Numbered from the stretch's first letter, positions 29,589 through 40,688 are shown. The stretch is DNA of 64,000 bases from an uncultured delta proteobacterium (GCA_963706575.1 CAVPNL010000015.1:352001-416000), one strand, 5' to 3'. The notes: generated by a model from the sequence alone, not told the origin. Program-made: numbers and translations.

Positions 29589-30450
29589 ACGGGCCGTAGA
29601 AGACTTTCGCAATAACCGGCTGCTCAATATCATTACCCTTTTGACCATTTCGCTATCGATTCTAATCGTCAGCGCATTTATTCTTTTTTTTATCAACACC
29701 AATGAGATTATGAATTTCTGGAAAAAAGGGTTGCGGGTTATGGCCTACCTGAAACCGGAATTGCCCGGCTCGCAATTGACGGATTTAAGCCGCAGGATTC
29801 AAAGCATTTCCGGTGTTGAAACCGTCCGGTTCGTTTCAAAAAAAGAGGCTTTCACCCAGCTAAAGGCACAGATGAAACGGCAGGCGTCATTATTTGACAA
29901 TCTGGCCGAAAATCCACTACCGGATGCGTTTGAAATCAGGATGACCGCCGCGACCCAGACCTGGGATAAGGTCGAATTTTTAGCGGCCGAAATTGAGGCC
30001 CTGGATGAGGTTCAAGAAGTAGAATATGGACAGCGGTGGCTGGGCCGCTACACGCATATTTTCAATCTGTTTAGATTAACCGGGTATGCCATGTGTGGCA
30101 TATTTTTTATGGCCGCCGTATTTATCGTGGCCAATACCATCCGGCTGGTCATCTATTCCCGGAGGGATGAAATAGAGATTATGCGGCTGGTGGGTGCTGC
30201 CGAACGCTTTATCAAAGTTCCGTTTTACTTTCAGGGCCTGCTGCAAGGCGCTCTCGGTGCAAGCATCGGTTTGGCCATATTATTTTCCGCTTATCTGGTG
30301 ATCGCATCCAACATCGAGCAGGAATGGTTTTCCGGCCTGTTTCAGATCCGGTTTCTGTCTCCGCTTATGTCAGGCGTCATCATTTTAATGAGTATGCTGG
30401 TCGGATGGTTTGGATCATACCTTTCCCTCAAGCAATATTTGAAAGCCTAG
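29569..30450 (+). CDS. ftsX: Cell division permease FtsX
   Basis: ENPLPDAF and NTIRLVIYSRRDEIEIMRLVGA..FIKVPF motifs, 4 TM. Confidence 0.95.
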   Translation: MTILFFKRAVEDFRNNRLLNIITLLTISLSILIVSAFILFFINTNEIMNFWKKGLRVMAYLKPELPGSQLTDLSRRIQSISGVETVRFVSKKEAFTQLKAQMKRQASLFDNLAENPLPDAFEIRMTAATQTWDKVEFLAAEIEALDEVQEVEYGQRWLGRYTHIFNLFRLTGYAMCGIFFMAAVFIVANTIRLVIYSRRDEIEIMRLVGAAERFIKVPFYFQGLLQGALGASIGLAILFSAYLVIASNIEQEWFSGLFQIRFLSPLMSGVIILMSMLVGWFGSYLSLKQYLKA

Positions 30451-30470
30451 CAGCAAGGATCGAATTGAAA

Positions 30471-30570
30471 ACCTCACGCAAAGCTGCAAAGTTCGCAAAG
30501 AGAAATGATTTTAGCGATAACATTTTAAGAATATCTTTGCGTGCGTGTTTTTTGGCGTCTTGGCGTGAGA
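30471..30570. repeat. Inverted repeat element (CGCAAAG units)
   Basis: CTCACGCAAAGCTGCAAAGTTCGCAAAG ... CTTTGCGTGCG..TTGGCGTCTTGGCGTGAG. Related copy at 45182-45279. Confidence 0.7.
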
Positions 30571-30644
30571 ATATGGTAAAATGAATTATATCATATAAAA
30601 CGATTGGCTAATTCCAGATGAAGGGCTAGTTTCACAAAGTTAAT

Positions 30645-31850
30645 ATGAGGTTCTGTAAAAAAAACAAGGCGATTCGCATTTTGCGCTTGGCGGCCGGCTG
30701 TTTTTTGATTTTTTCAGCCGGCTCTATTTTAAAGGCCCAGGATCAGCAACCCCGGATCGATGAATTTACAAAAAAGGCCCAGGATATCAACCGTGAAATC
30801 CAAAAAGGCAAGACCAAAATTCAAAAATTTTCACGCCGGGAAACCGATATTATTATGCGGTTAAATCAGGTTGATCAGGCTTTAAATCGATCTCGCAAAC
30901 GGATTGCCGGTTTAGAGCGTGAAATTAAAGTGCTCGAAAAAAAAATAACCGAAACCGCCGCAGTGTCTGAAGAACTGGTTAATCAGATAGGGACCAATGA
31001 GACATATGTCGCTAAGCGCCTGGTCGCCTTGTATAAATTAAACTGGCTGGGGAAATTCCACGTGCTGGCTTCGGCCCAGAGCCTGCAGGAATTGTTGAAG
31101 CGCAAAACAGCCCTCGAGCGAATCCTGGCCTACGATGAAATGGTTATCAGAGAGCTGGTGGACAATCGGCTGGATCTGGAAACTGTCCGATCCCGTCTGG
31201 AGACACACAGGAACGAAAAGCGCCGGCGAGCAGATGAGTACCAGCAACAAATCAAGCAGATAGCGGCTGAGCGCACACAGCGCGCCAAGCTGTTAGCCCA
31301 TGTACGCCAAAAAAAATCCGCCCAGCTGGCCGCCATTGAATCCCTGAAACTCGCGGCGCGGGATTTAGATGAGAAGATCAAAAATTTAGGTATCGAATCG
31401 GCGGCCACGACTCTGCAAAAATATACCGCCACCGAATCGTTTCAGGCATATAAAGGCTTGCTTAAAATGCCGGTAAAGGGTAAAATAGCAAGTCTTTTCG
31501 GTAAGTTTAAAAATACCCGCTATCAGGTTTTGAATTTTCGAAGCGGTATCGAGATTCAAACCGAAAGAGGCGAGCCGATAGCGGCGGTCTTTGCCGGTAA
31601 AATCCTTTACGCTGATTGGTTTAAAGGATACGGAAACATGATTATTATAGACCATGGGGAAAATTACTATACGGTATATGCCCATATTGAAGAAGCCTTT
31701 AAATCAACCGGGGATTCCGTCGAGGCAGGAGAAGTGATTGCGACCGTCGGCGATAGCGGCTCCATTACCGGCCCCAAACTTTATTTTGAGGTCCGCCACC
31801 ACGGAAAACCCCTGGACCCGCTGCAGTGGCTTGAGACCGCATCCAGTTAG
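30645..31850 (+). CDS. envC: Murein hydrolase activator EnvC (coiled coil plus degenerate M23)
   Basis: Signal peptide, long coiled coil, and a LytM domain lacking the Zn ligands (RSGIE, PKLYFEVR). Confidence 0.88.
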   Translation: MRFCKKNKAIRILRLAAGCFLIFSAGSILKAQDQQPRIDEFTKKAQDINREIQKGKTKIQKFSRRETDIIMRLNQVDQALNRSRKRIAGLEREIKVLEKKITETAAVSEELVNQIGTNETYVAKRLVALYKLNWLGKFHVLASAQSLQELLKRKTALERILAYDEMVIRELVDNRLDLETVRSRLETHRNEKRRRADEYQQQIKQIAAERTQRAKLLAHVRQKKSAQLAAIESLKLAARDLDEKIKNLGIESAATTLQKYTATESFQAYKGLLKMPVKGKIASLFGKFKNTRYQVLNFRSGIEIQTERGEPIAAVFAGKILYADWFKGYGNMIIIDHGENYYTVYAHIEEAFKSTGDSVEAGEVIATVGDSGSITGPKLYFEVRHHGKPLDPLQWLETASS

Positions 31851-31874
31851 AATATAATAATGAGGAGTAACTAA

Positions 31875-33221
31875 ATGAGATTAAAGAAGATCCAGCACGT
31901 AAAGCTTTGGATGATCATGGTAACAGCAGCTGTTTTTTGGACGATCGGAGCAGGCTTTTTTGGTGATCTCGCCGCCAAAAGTGAAGAGTCCTATGAGGGG
32001 TTGAAAATTTTTTCAGATGTGATTGAGCTGATTGAAAAAGAATATGTCGATGAAGTGGAGTCAAAAGAGCTTATCCAAAAAGCCATTCAGGGCATGGTTC
32101 AAAGCTTGGATCCGCATTCATCGCTGTTGCCGCCGGAAGCGTTTGAAGATTTGCAAATCGACACCAAAGGTAAGTTTACCGGAATCGGGATCCACATCAC
32201 GATGAAAGACGGATTTGTTACCGTCATATCTCCCATCGAAGACACACCGGCATACAACGCCGGCATCATTGCCCAGGACCGCATCATAAAAGTCGACGGC
32301 AACCCGGTTAAAGATCTGCGTGAAGCCGTGAATATGATGCGGGGACCGAAGGGCACCCGGGTTTCAGTCACCATCGCGCGCCAGGGCGAAAAAGAACCGA
32401 TTGAGTTTGAACTGGTTCGTGATGTCATTCCGATTGTCAGTGTTAAAGAGGTTGATCTTAAACCCGGCTACGGCTACATCCGCCTGTCGCAATTTTCAGG
32501 CAGCACGACCACAGAGCTTGAAGCGGCCTTGCAGAAAATGGAATCCGCCAAAGTGCCGATGAAAGGGCTTATTTTAGATTTGAGAAATAACGGCGGTGGT
32601 TTGTTGAATCAGGCCATTAAGGTGTCTGATCTGTTTTTGGAAGAAGGCAAAATTTTATCCATTGAGGGGCGCAACAAGAAAAATACAAAAGTGTATATGG
32701 CCACACCGGATACGGTCAGCCGTAAATATCCAATCGTGGTGCTGATCAACAGCGGCAGCGCCAGTGCTTCTGAGATCGTTGCCGGCGCACTTCAAGACCA
32801 AAAACGGGCCCTGATTCTGGGGACCACTTCTTTTGGTAAGGGCTCCGTGCAAACCGTGGAGACTCTGCGTGACGGTTCCGGTCTCAAGTTGACCATCGCC
32901 AGGTATTACACCCCCAGCGGCCGATCGATTCAGGCTAAGGGAATCGAGCCGGACATTGTTTTAAAGCACAAACGCATCGATCCCAAGGAGTCGCAGGAAG
33001 AGGGCCTGCTAAAAGAAAAAGACCTGTTAAATCATCTTGAAGCTGAACCGGATAAAAATAAAAACCAAAAGTCCGAACCCCAAAAATCAAAGCCTAAAAA
33101 TCAAGAAATGGAGTTTAGAGTCGGCCCGCTGACCGTCGATCTGCTTCGAACAGATAATCAGGTGATGCGGGCGCTTGAAATCCTTAACAGTTACGACATT
33201 TTTAAAAGTTTAAACAGTTGA
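31875..33221 (+). CDS. ctpA: S41 C-terminal processing protease
   Basis: LDPHS, PDZ GIG, DLRNNGGG, SASASEI, FGKGSVQ and TIARYYTPSG motifs. Confidence 0.93.
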   Translation: MRLKKIQHVKLWMIMVTAAVFWTIGAGFFGDLAAKSEESYEGLKIFSDVIELIEKEYVDEVESKELIQKAIQGMVQSLDPHSSLLPPEAFEDLQIDTKGKFTGIGIHITMKDGFVTVISPIEDTPAYNAGIIAQDRIIKVDGNPVKDLREAVNMMRGPKGTRVSVTIARQGEKEPIEFELVRDVIPIVSVKEVDLKPGYGYIRLSQFSGSTTTELEAALQKMESAKVPMKGLILDLRNNGGGLLNQAIKVSDLFLEEGKILSIEGRNKKNTKVYMATPDTVSRKYPIVVLINSGSASASEIVAGALQDQKRALILGTTSFGKGSVQTVETLRDGSGLKLTIARYYTPSGRSIQAKGIEPDIVLKHKRIDPKESQEEGLLKEKDLLNHLEAEPDKNKNQKSEPQKSKPKNQEMEFRVGPLTVDLLRTDNQVMRALEILNSYDIFKSLNS

Positions 33222-33340
33222 GCTAGATTACCGAAGCTGATTGTTCGTTTTTCATAGCAGCCGGCCTGGAATCCTGGTCATTGAATTCGCTGAGCTAAAA
33301 TGGCTTGAAGGAAGACAGCTCCACCCATAATAACAGCTAA

Positions 33341-34336
33341 ATGGCTAAACGAAAACCAACCCGAAAAAAGAGACGCCCAAAAAAATCTCGTAAAAAATCC
33401 CCCGTTAAAAGCTCCTTTTTTAAAGCGCTGGCCGGCATGGCGATTCTGGGTGCGTTGGTCGTCGCCGTCGGTCTTCTGGTTTATCATCTGTCCCCGCCCC
33501 AACCGCCCTCACCGCCGCCGGCAGCTAAATCAACAGGGAACGAGACCCCGGCGCTGAAGAAAAAGCCGACTTTTGAAATCTACCCGAAGGAAAAGCCTGC
33601 TCCTCGACAGTCCTTGGCCAGGAAAGATATTCCAGCATCAATCCCGAAACCGGCGCCCCGAAAGGCATTGCCTTCTGTGGCACTCATTATCGATGATCTG
33701 GGATATGATAAAAAAATCGCCCAAAAATTTGCGCAGCTGGATGTAACCTTGACTTTTTCGATCCTGCCCCACAGCCCTTTTCAAAAAAAGATAGCCCGGC
33801 TCGCACAATCAAAGGGTTTGGAAATCATGATTCATATGCCCATGGAGCCGGTTGAATACCCGCAGGTGAATCCGGGCCCCGGAACCCTGCTGACCTCAAT
33901 GTCGCCGGATGAGTTGATCAACCAGCTCGACCAAAATCTTAATACCCTGCCCGGCGTTAAAGGGATCAACAACCATATGGGTTCCAGGCTGACCTCGGAA
34001 TCAACTCAGATGTATCAAATTTTTTCGATTTTAAAGAAACGAGGACTTTTTTTTATTGACAGCCGGACAACGGCTGAATCGTTGTGCGAACCATCAGCGC
34101 GTCTGCTCCAGGTCCCTTTTGCCCAGCGTGACGTTTTTATTGACCACTACATCAAACCGGATTTTATCCGCAACCAGATTAAGGAACTCATCCGGATAGC
34201 CAAAAAAAACGGTGAAGCGATAGGCATTATGCATCCGCATTCGACGACACTCAAGGTGCTGCAGGAAATGATGCCTGACCTCAAAGGCCAGGTTCGCTTG
34301 GTCCCGGCTTCAAAAGTCGTGCACCCGATCGGATAG
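33341..34336 (+). CDS. Divergent polysaccharide deacetylase family protein (YibQ-like)
   Basis: IIDDLG, HMPMEP, NNHMGS, FIDSRT, RDVFID and GIMHP motifs, with an N-terminal TM. Confidence 0.92.
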   Translation: MAKRKPTRKKRRPKKSRKKSPVKSSFFKALAGMAILGALVVAVGLLVYHLSPPQPPSPPPAAKSTGNETPALKKKPTFEIYPKEKPAPRQSLARKDIPASIPKPAPRKALPSVALIIDDLGYDKKIAQKFAQLDVTLTFSILPHSPFQKKIARLAQSKGLEIMIHMPMEPVEYPQVNPGPGTLLTSMSPDELINQLDQNLNTLPGVKGINNHMGSRLTSESTQMYQIFSILKKRGLFFIDSRTTAESLCEPSARLLQVPFAQRDVFIDHYIKPDFIRNQIKELIRIAKKNGEAIGIMHPHSTTLKVLQEMMPDLKGQVRLVPASKVVHPIG

Positions 34337-34425
34337 GGCCCCAAGCATGAACCCTGTGCCCGGCAAATCAATATCGAAAATACTTGGGCTTGAAAAGCAG
34401 TTTAAATATCGGATAAAATAACAGC

Positions 34426-37308
34426 ATGAGCGACAATTCAAAACTGTATAACAGCCGCATGTCGAAAAATTATTTGGATTATCTCGGCATGTATCATCCT
34501 GATGTGAGCATCGATGCGGTTCTGGATTATGCCGGGATGAACCGCTACGAAGTGGAAGATCCGGCCCACTGGTTTAACCAGAAGCAGATGGATGACTTTC
34601 ACGAAATCCTTGTTCAAAAGACGGGTGATCTAAATATCTCCAGGGCTGCTGGACGGTATACGGCCTCCGGCGGCGGGTTTGGTGCCGGCAAGCAGTATGT
34701 GTTAGGGTTAATGAGTCCGGTCGCAGGTTATCTATTAACAGAAAAATATTATCCTTTCTTTAGCCGCGGGGCCGTTGTCAAAGCAAGGAAAGTCGGACCC
34801 GTCACGGTTGAAATTGTTTCCAAACCCAATCCGGGGGTCAATGAAAAGCCCTATCAATGCGAAAATAGGACCGGCACTTTTGAAGCGCTCGCAAGATTGT
34901 TCACGGATAAATTCGCCAATGTGGAACACCCTGAATGCCTTCACAAAGGGGATAGCCACTGCCGATATGTGATCACCTGGGAAAAGACCGCCGCACTGGT
35001 CTGGAAACGCATCCGCAATTATGTCCTATTACTGGCCGGCCTGTGCTCTCTGGTCCTTTTTGGGTTCACGACACTCCCGACCTGGGGGGTTGTGGTTCTG
35101 GCGCTTGCCCTGCTTTCGGCAGGCGTTTCATATTATGCGGAGTATCTTGAAAAAAAAGAACTGACCCAAACCGTTGAAGCCCAGAAATCAACCTCTGAAA
35201 ACCAAATTCTTGAAAGCAATATCCGCTATAATAATGCTTCACTGATCCAGGAGATCGGCCAAGTTACTTCGAAGCTACTCACCATTGACGATTTGCTTAA
35301 AAGCGTTGTCAGCGTTATGGAAAGGCGTCTTGATTTTGACCGTGGGATGATCATGCTGGCAAACAAGGAAAAAACCCAATTGTATTATACGGCCGGATAT
35401 GGCCATACAGAAGAGCAGGAAAAATTTTTAAACCAGCTCAAATTTAACCTGAACAATCCCGAATCCAAAGGATTGTTCATCCGGGCGATGAAAGAAACCA
35501 AACCGCTTTTGGTTAATAATATCGATGAAATCAAGGACAGCCTCTCTCCGAGAAGTCTGGAATTTGCAAACCGCATGGGTGGTAAATCTTTGATATGTGT
35601 GCCGATTATCTATGAACGTGACTCGCTGGGTATTTTAGCGGTTGATAATATTAAGTCCAAAACGCCGCTGAAAAAAAGCGACATGAATCTCTTAATGGGC
35701 ATCGCGTCCCAGCTGGCGACCAGCATCATGAACGCCATGTCCTTCAAAAAGACCCAAGAGAGCGAAAATAAATATCGCGAGCTAGTTGAAACTGCAAACA
35801 GCATCATCTTGCGGGTGGACACGCTGGGTCGGATAACTTTTTCCAATAAGTTCGCCCAACGGTTTTTCGGTTATGCTGAAAATGAGATGCTCGGCATCAA
35901 TGCCGCCCAGATTATTTTGCCGGCCGGGCGGGCGAATCAGCAGGGGCTCGAACACCTGACCACATCTTTGCGCAAAGACCCCGACCGGCTGGTTGTCAGT
36001 GAAAATGAAACCGAACTTAGAAATAAAGAAAAGGTTTGGATCGCTTGGACGTATAAACCGATTTATAACAGTGAGGGAAATTTTAAAGAAATTTTGTGTA
36101 TCGGCAACGATATCACCGAACTCAAGTTGGCCGACATAGAAAAAAAGGATTTGCAGGCCCAACTGCAGCGCGCCCAGAAAATGGAAGCCATCGGTACGCT
36201 GGCCGGGGGGGTGGCGCATGATCTGAATAATATTTTATCCGGAATTGTCAGCTACCCGGAACTTTTGCTGATGGATCTGGATGCGAAAAGCCCACTGATC
36301 AAACCGATATTAACCATTCAAAAATCCGGAGAAAAAGCGGCGGCAATTGTTCAGGATTTATTAACATTGGCCCGCAGAGGCGTGGCTGCGACAGAAGTTG
36401 TCCATTTAAACAGCATCGTTTCGGAGTACCTGCTCAGCCCTGAACATGAAAAACTGAAGATGGATCATCCCGATGTAAAAGTGAAGCACCAGCTGGATTC
36501 CAATTTGCTCAACATCATGGGTTCACCGGTTCATCTGTCAAAAAGCATAATGAATCTGGTATCCAATGCCGCAGAGGCGATGCCTAATGGTGGAACGATA
36601 ACGATTCACAGCGAAAACCGGCACGCAGACACACCGATAAATACCTTTGATGATATCGGAAAAGGAGATTATGTAACCCTGACCGTCGCCGATACCGGAA
36701 TTGGTATACCCCCCGAAGATATGGAGCGAATATTTGAACCCTTTTATACGAAGAAAAGCATGGGCCGCAGTGGCACCGGTCTGGGAATGGCAGTGGTTTG
36801 GGGCACGGTAAAAGATCACAGGGGCTATATCGATATCAAAAGCCGAGAGGGTATAGGCACGACCATCACCCTATATTTTCCGGTCACTCGTAAAGAGTTA
36901 GCCGCGGACTTAGAACTGGTAAGTCTTGAAGAAATTAAAGGTAACGGCGAATCCATCCTGATAATCGATGATGTCCTGGAACAGCGGCAGATTGCCTCTG
37001 AAATGCTGGAAAAACTGGGATATGCGGTAACAACGGTGGCCAGCGGCGAGGCGGCGGTAAATTACCTGGTCAATCATTCAGTGGATTTAATCGTGCTGGA
37101 TATGATCATGGACCCGGGCATTGACGGTCTTGAAACCTATAAGAGGATATTGAAACTTCATCCCGGCCAAAGAAGCATTATCGCCAGCGGATTTTCGGAA
37201 TCCGACCGCGTGAAAGAAGCTCAGAAAATCGGTGCGGGAATATATATTAAAAAACCGTATTTAATCGAAAAGTTTGGACGGGCCGTGAAAAAGGGGTTGG
37301 AAGCTTGA
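34426..37308 (+). CDS. Hybrid sensor histidine kinase (V4R-like N-terminus, 2 TM, GAF, PAS, HisKA, HATPase, REC)
   Basis: AHDLNN H-box, NLVSNA, DTGIG, FEPFYT, GTGLG, receiver DD..D..K. N-terminal CENR..HPEC..KGD.HC. Confidence 0.93.
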   Translation: MSDNSKLYNSRMSKNYLDYLGMYHPDVSIDAVLDYAGMNRYEVEDPAHWFNQKQMDDFHEILVQKTGDLNISRAAGRYTASGGGFGAGKQYVLGLMSPVAGYLLTEKYYPFFSRGAVVKARKVGPVTVEIVSKPNPGVNEKPYQCENRTGTFEALARLFTDKFANVEHPECLHKGDSHCRYVITWEKTAALVWKRIRNYVLLLAGLCSLVLFGFTTLPTWGVVVLALALLSAGVSYYAEYLEKKELTQTVEAQKSTSENQILESNIRYNNASLIQEIGQVTSKLLTIDDLLKSVVSVMERRLDFDRGMIMLANKEKTQLYYTAGYGHTEEQEKFLNQLKFNLNNPESKGLFIRAMKETKPLLVNNIDEIKDSLSPRSLEFANRMGGKSLICVPIIYERDSLGILAVDNIKSKTPLKKSDMNLLMGIASQLATSIMNAMSFKKTQESENKYRELVETANSIILRVDTLGRITFSNKFAQRFFGYAENEMLGINAAQIILPAGRANQQGLEHLTTSLRKDPDRLVVSENETELRNKEKVWIAWTYKPIYNSEGNFKEILCIGNDITELKLADIEKKDLQAQLQRAQKMEAIGTLAGGVAHDLNNILSGIVSYPELLLMDLDAKSPLIKPILTIQKSGEKAAAIVQDLLTLARRGVAATEVVHLNSIVSEYLLSPEHEKLKMDHPDVKVKHQLDSNLLNIMGSPVHLSKSIMNLVSNAAEAMPNGGTITIHSENRHADTPINTFDDIGKGDYVTLTVADTGIGIPPEDMERIFEPFYTKKSMGRSGTGLGMAVVWGTVKDHRGYIDIKSREGIGTTITLYFPVTRKELAADLELVSLEEIKGNGESILIIDDVLEQRQIASEMLEKLGYAVTTVASGEAAVNYLVNHSVDLIVLDMIMDPGIDGLETYKRILKLHPGQRSIIASGFSESDRVKEAQKIGAGIYIKKPYLIEKFGRAVKKGLEA

Positions 37309-37351
37309 GTACCACCGTAAAACCGGTCCATTTCCTGTAATGGACACAATA

Positions 37352-38014
37352 CTATGATTTAACTTCGCGCAGCATTTTGTAAAGTGATTTTGGATAAAGA
37401 AAGGTAAACTCGTAACGGGCAAAGCCAACGACATCTTTATCTTTGAGCAACACACGCTTTTTAGCCAGCCGTGAGCCGTTTATCTTGGTGCCATTGGTAG
37501 AACCGGCATCCCGTATGCAATACCTGCCGTCTTCGATATCAATAATCGCATGGCGCTTGGATATCGCATAATCCGGCATAATCATGTCGTTGCCGTTAAT
37601 ACGCCCGATATAAAAGCTGCCGCGCGGCGTCGCCGGATACTCACCTTTAACCAACGGGTATACGGCATGTTTTAAGCTTTCGGAAGCCGACAGGGAAGCA
37701 CCCATACTTTTGGTAGGTTCAAAAATTTGGGTGCTGTTGAGTTCATCGCTGGCCATTCCCGATTGAGTCGATATGATTCCCGTCTTGATCGCAGAACCCA
37801 CCAACACCGGACGCTGTATTAATTTAACGAAGACCTCTACTTCATAATCCTGGGCCATTTTGCGCAAGGAGGCCAGGCTCACCCTTCCGGAGGCGCTCAG
37901 CATTTTTGCAAGCCGCCCGGCGGGCTCGGCCGAGCCTTTTTGCTCTGGCGGTGTCGCCAGGACCGTCTCGTCTGTTTTTTTCTTTTTGAAACGGGCGAAT
38001 GCTCTACCCAGCAT
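37352..38014 (-). CDS. FHA domain protein
   Basis: IGR..GND....ISKRHA..D.GSTNGT.ING. Confidence 0.9.
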   Translation of the reverse strand: MLGRAFARFKKKKTDETVLATPPEQKGSAEPAGRLAKMLSASGRVSLASLRKMAQDYEVEVFVKLIQRPVLVGSAIKTGIISTQSGMASDELNSTQIFEPTKSMGASLSASESLKHAVYPLVKGEYPATPRGSFYIGRINGNDMIMPDYAISKRHAIIDIEDGRYCIRDAGSTNGTKINGSRLAKKRVLLKDKDVVGFARYEFTFLYPKSLYKMLREVKS

Positions 38015-38435
38015 ATTTGCCTCCTCTATATCAACTCAAATCGTTTCATATTTTCAGAACCTTGACGAAAAACGTCCTACAAAATCGCAGCCAAGGTTTT
38101 AAATTTGAATATGAAACTTAAACGTATCTTCAATCAGGGGATTTATTCTCACCCCAGATGATAAAATCATTAAGTTATTACAATAAATTATCGCAGAAAG
38201 ACCGCCAAAAGTCAAGATTTGACCAAAGTGTCAAGCATTACAGTGTCTTATAACTGATAATATCTATATCGGCTGTTTTATGGAAAAATTAAGATATTAA
38301 GACAGATTTGATTGACTCGGAGCGTATGGATTTATAAGATAGCACCTGAATTTTGCATGTAACTGTTTTGTAAATGCCACACGAAGTTAATATATCTGAA
38401 CCATACCTGTTGCAGCTCTGGCCGGGCCGGGCAAA

Positions 38436-40688
38436 TTGAAAATGAAATTATTTCTGAACATCACCTTAATCCTGTTAACGATTTTCGCGTGCTTCGTCGA
38501 AAACATCTATCTATCCTTTCACCCCCCCCAACCGCAGCGCATCACATCACTGACAATCAGAGCCCGCCAGCCTTTCAGCTATGATCAGAAAATAGCCCTG
38601 AGTTCAAAACGGGTCCAGGCCCTCTCGCAGTATGTTCCCGTATTTAATTATGTTCCTGAAAGGGTCAAAGCGTCCAGAAAGAAGATGCTGGCGCTGACCA
38701 GGGAATTATTATCCTACCAGAACCGCAACAAAAACAGCAGCGATGAACTGATCGCATATATCAACTCAGAACTCGGTGTGGCCGTTTCCCCGGATACCAT
38801 GTCCAGGGTACTTCGGTACCGCAATCTTAAAAAACTGCTGAAAAGCATTTTAACAGTTGAAGAATCCATTCTTCAAAACAAAATTTTAGGTGACACACAA
38901 AAATTAAAAGGCAAAAAAACCATCGAGATCCATGACCCTGCCCTCACAGCGCCGGCATTAACAATTGTAGATCAACTCACATCCCTCGAAGCGGCGCGAC
39001 TTTCCTTACAGGAAAAAGTCAAACAGCTCTTCTGGCAGGTAAACGAATCCATTCGGGATCCTGTTTTAAAAATCGCCCAGGCGACCCTGCTACCCAACCT
39101 GGTGTACGACCAAAAGGAAAATGCCCTGCGACTCGATAAAATTCACCGTCAATACCCGGTTGAAACCCTTCATTTTCAGGCTGCCGAAATCCTCATCCCT
39201 TTCCGCAAGGTATTAAGTGAGCAGGATGTGCTTTTATTAAACGCCTATCAAAAGCAGCAAATTAAAAAGATATACCGCAACATTCCCTGGATCCTGTTTA
39301 CCGTTCTGTTTATGGTCATATTTTATAATTTATTCCTTTCAAAGGTGCTGACAACCGGATCGCGCAAAGCACCGCCGCAGCGCCCACTGCTTTCGCTTTT
39401 GATCCTGTGTATATTTATTCTAAAAGGCTGCCTTCTGTTTACCCCGTTGCCGATCTATGCCATTCCCTTTGCATTTTTGCCGTTGATGGTGATTTCATTA
39501 AATCATGGAAAGCTGACGGCCACCGGTACCGCCATGGTGGGCGCTATTCTGGTCAGCCTGTTTGCCGGACCCCAATATGCCGTTGTGCTCTATCTTATAT
39601 TCGGCGGACTGGCTGCCACACTGGTATCGGCCAATATACAGAAGCGCTGGCAAATTATCCTGCCTTCCCTGATTGTGGGACTGGTTAACAGTGTCAGTGT
39701 GCTGGCCTTCAGCCTGGATTGGCAGGCAGTTTTCCCGGTGGCATCCACACTGCCGGGTATTAGCGCATTGCTTCCCGGAAAGGGTTTCGAACCGGCTTTG
39801 GTGCAGCACCTGGGATGGGCCTTTGCCGGCGGCCTGGTGGCCGGTCCCCTGGCGCTTTTATGTTTACCACTGCTGGAAATCAGCTGGGATACGGCTTCTG
39901 CCTTTAAACTCAATCGGTACATGGATCTGCAGCGTCCCCTGATAAAAAAATTGGAGAAGCAGGCTCCCGGCACCTATCAGCACTCTATGACCGTGGCCTA
40001 TCTATCGCAGGTGGTGGGTGAAGCTACAGGAGCCAATTCATTGCTTTTACGAATCGGCGCTTATTACCACGATATCGGCAAAATGGAGACACCCAGGAAC
40101 TTTATCGAAAATCAATTCAACAGTGAAAACCCGCATGACCTTTTAGATCCCTGGGAAAGCACAGAGTTGATTATCAACCATGTTAAAACCGGCATGAAGA
40201 TGGCAATGAATTCGGGTTTGCCAAGAGCGGTAGTGGATCTGATTATGCAGCATCATGGGACGCATCGCCTGGAATATTTTTTCAGTCTGGCTGCCAAAGA
40301 CCAGCCACGGGAAATCATTGATGAAACCGATTTTCGATACCCGGGCCCTAAACCCCAGAGTACGGAAGCAGCCATTCTGATGATCGTCGATGCGGTGGAG
40401 GCCGCATCGCGCACGATGCAGAATCCTACCCGCCTTAAGTTTGAAAAAATGGTCCGGTTAATTGTCGGCAAGCGAATTGAGGACGGACAGTTCAGCGAAT
40501 GTGATCTGACGACCCGTGATATCTCCAAAATCGTGCGCGCTCTGGTCGATGCATTGGAGGTCTCGTTTCATTCCCGCATCCGCTATCCGTGGCAAGAAAA
40601 ATCAGCGGCCAAAAATGACTCCCACTGGACGTTTGGAAGCAGTGATAGGGATAAGCAGCCGCAATCCCGCGAATCCTTTAAGATGTGA
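38436..40688 (+). CDS. 7TM-HD (HDIG) phosphohydrolase, PgpH-like
   Basis: Extracytoplasmic domain, multiple TM segments, APGTYQHS, YYHDIGK, HHGT, FRYPGPKP, DAVEAASR. Start may be ATG 38442. Confidence 0.9.
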   Translation: MKMKLFLNITLILLTIFACFVENIYLSFHPPQPQRITSLTIRARQPFSYDQKIALSSKRVQALSQYVPVFNYVPERVKASRKKMLALTRELLSYQNRNKNSSDELIAYINSELGVAVSPDTMSRVLRYRNLKKLLKSILTVEESILQNKILGDTQKLKGKKTIEIHDPALTAPALTIVDQLTSLEAARLSLQEKVKQLFWQVNESIRDPVLKIAQATLLPNLVYDQKENALRLDKIHRQYPVETLHFQAAEILIPFRKVLSEQDVLLLNAYQKQQIKKIYRNIPWILFTVLFMVIFYNLFLSKVLTTGSRKAPPQRPLLSLLILCIFILKGCLLFTPLPIYAIPFAFLPLMVISLNHGKLTATGTAMVGAILVSLFAGPQYAVVLYLIFGGLAATLVSANIQKRWQIILPSLIVGLVNSVSVLAFSLDWQAVFPVASTLPGISALLPGKGFEPALVQHLGWAFAGGLVAGPLALLCLPLLEISWDTASAFKLNRYMDLQRPLIKKLEKQAPGTYQHSMTVAYLSQVVGEATGANSLLLRIGAYYHDIGKMETPRNFIENQFNSENPHDLLDPWESTELIINHVKTGMKMAMNSGLPRAVVDLIMQHHGTHRLEYFFSLAAKDQPREIIDETDFRYPGPKPQSTEAAILMIVDAVEAASRTMQNPTRLKFEKMVRLIVGKRIEDGQFSECDLTTRDISKIVRALVDALEVSFHSRIRYPWQEKSAAKNDSHWTFGSSDRDKQPQSRESFKM

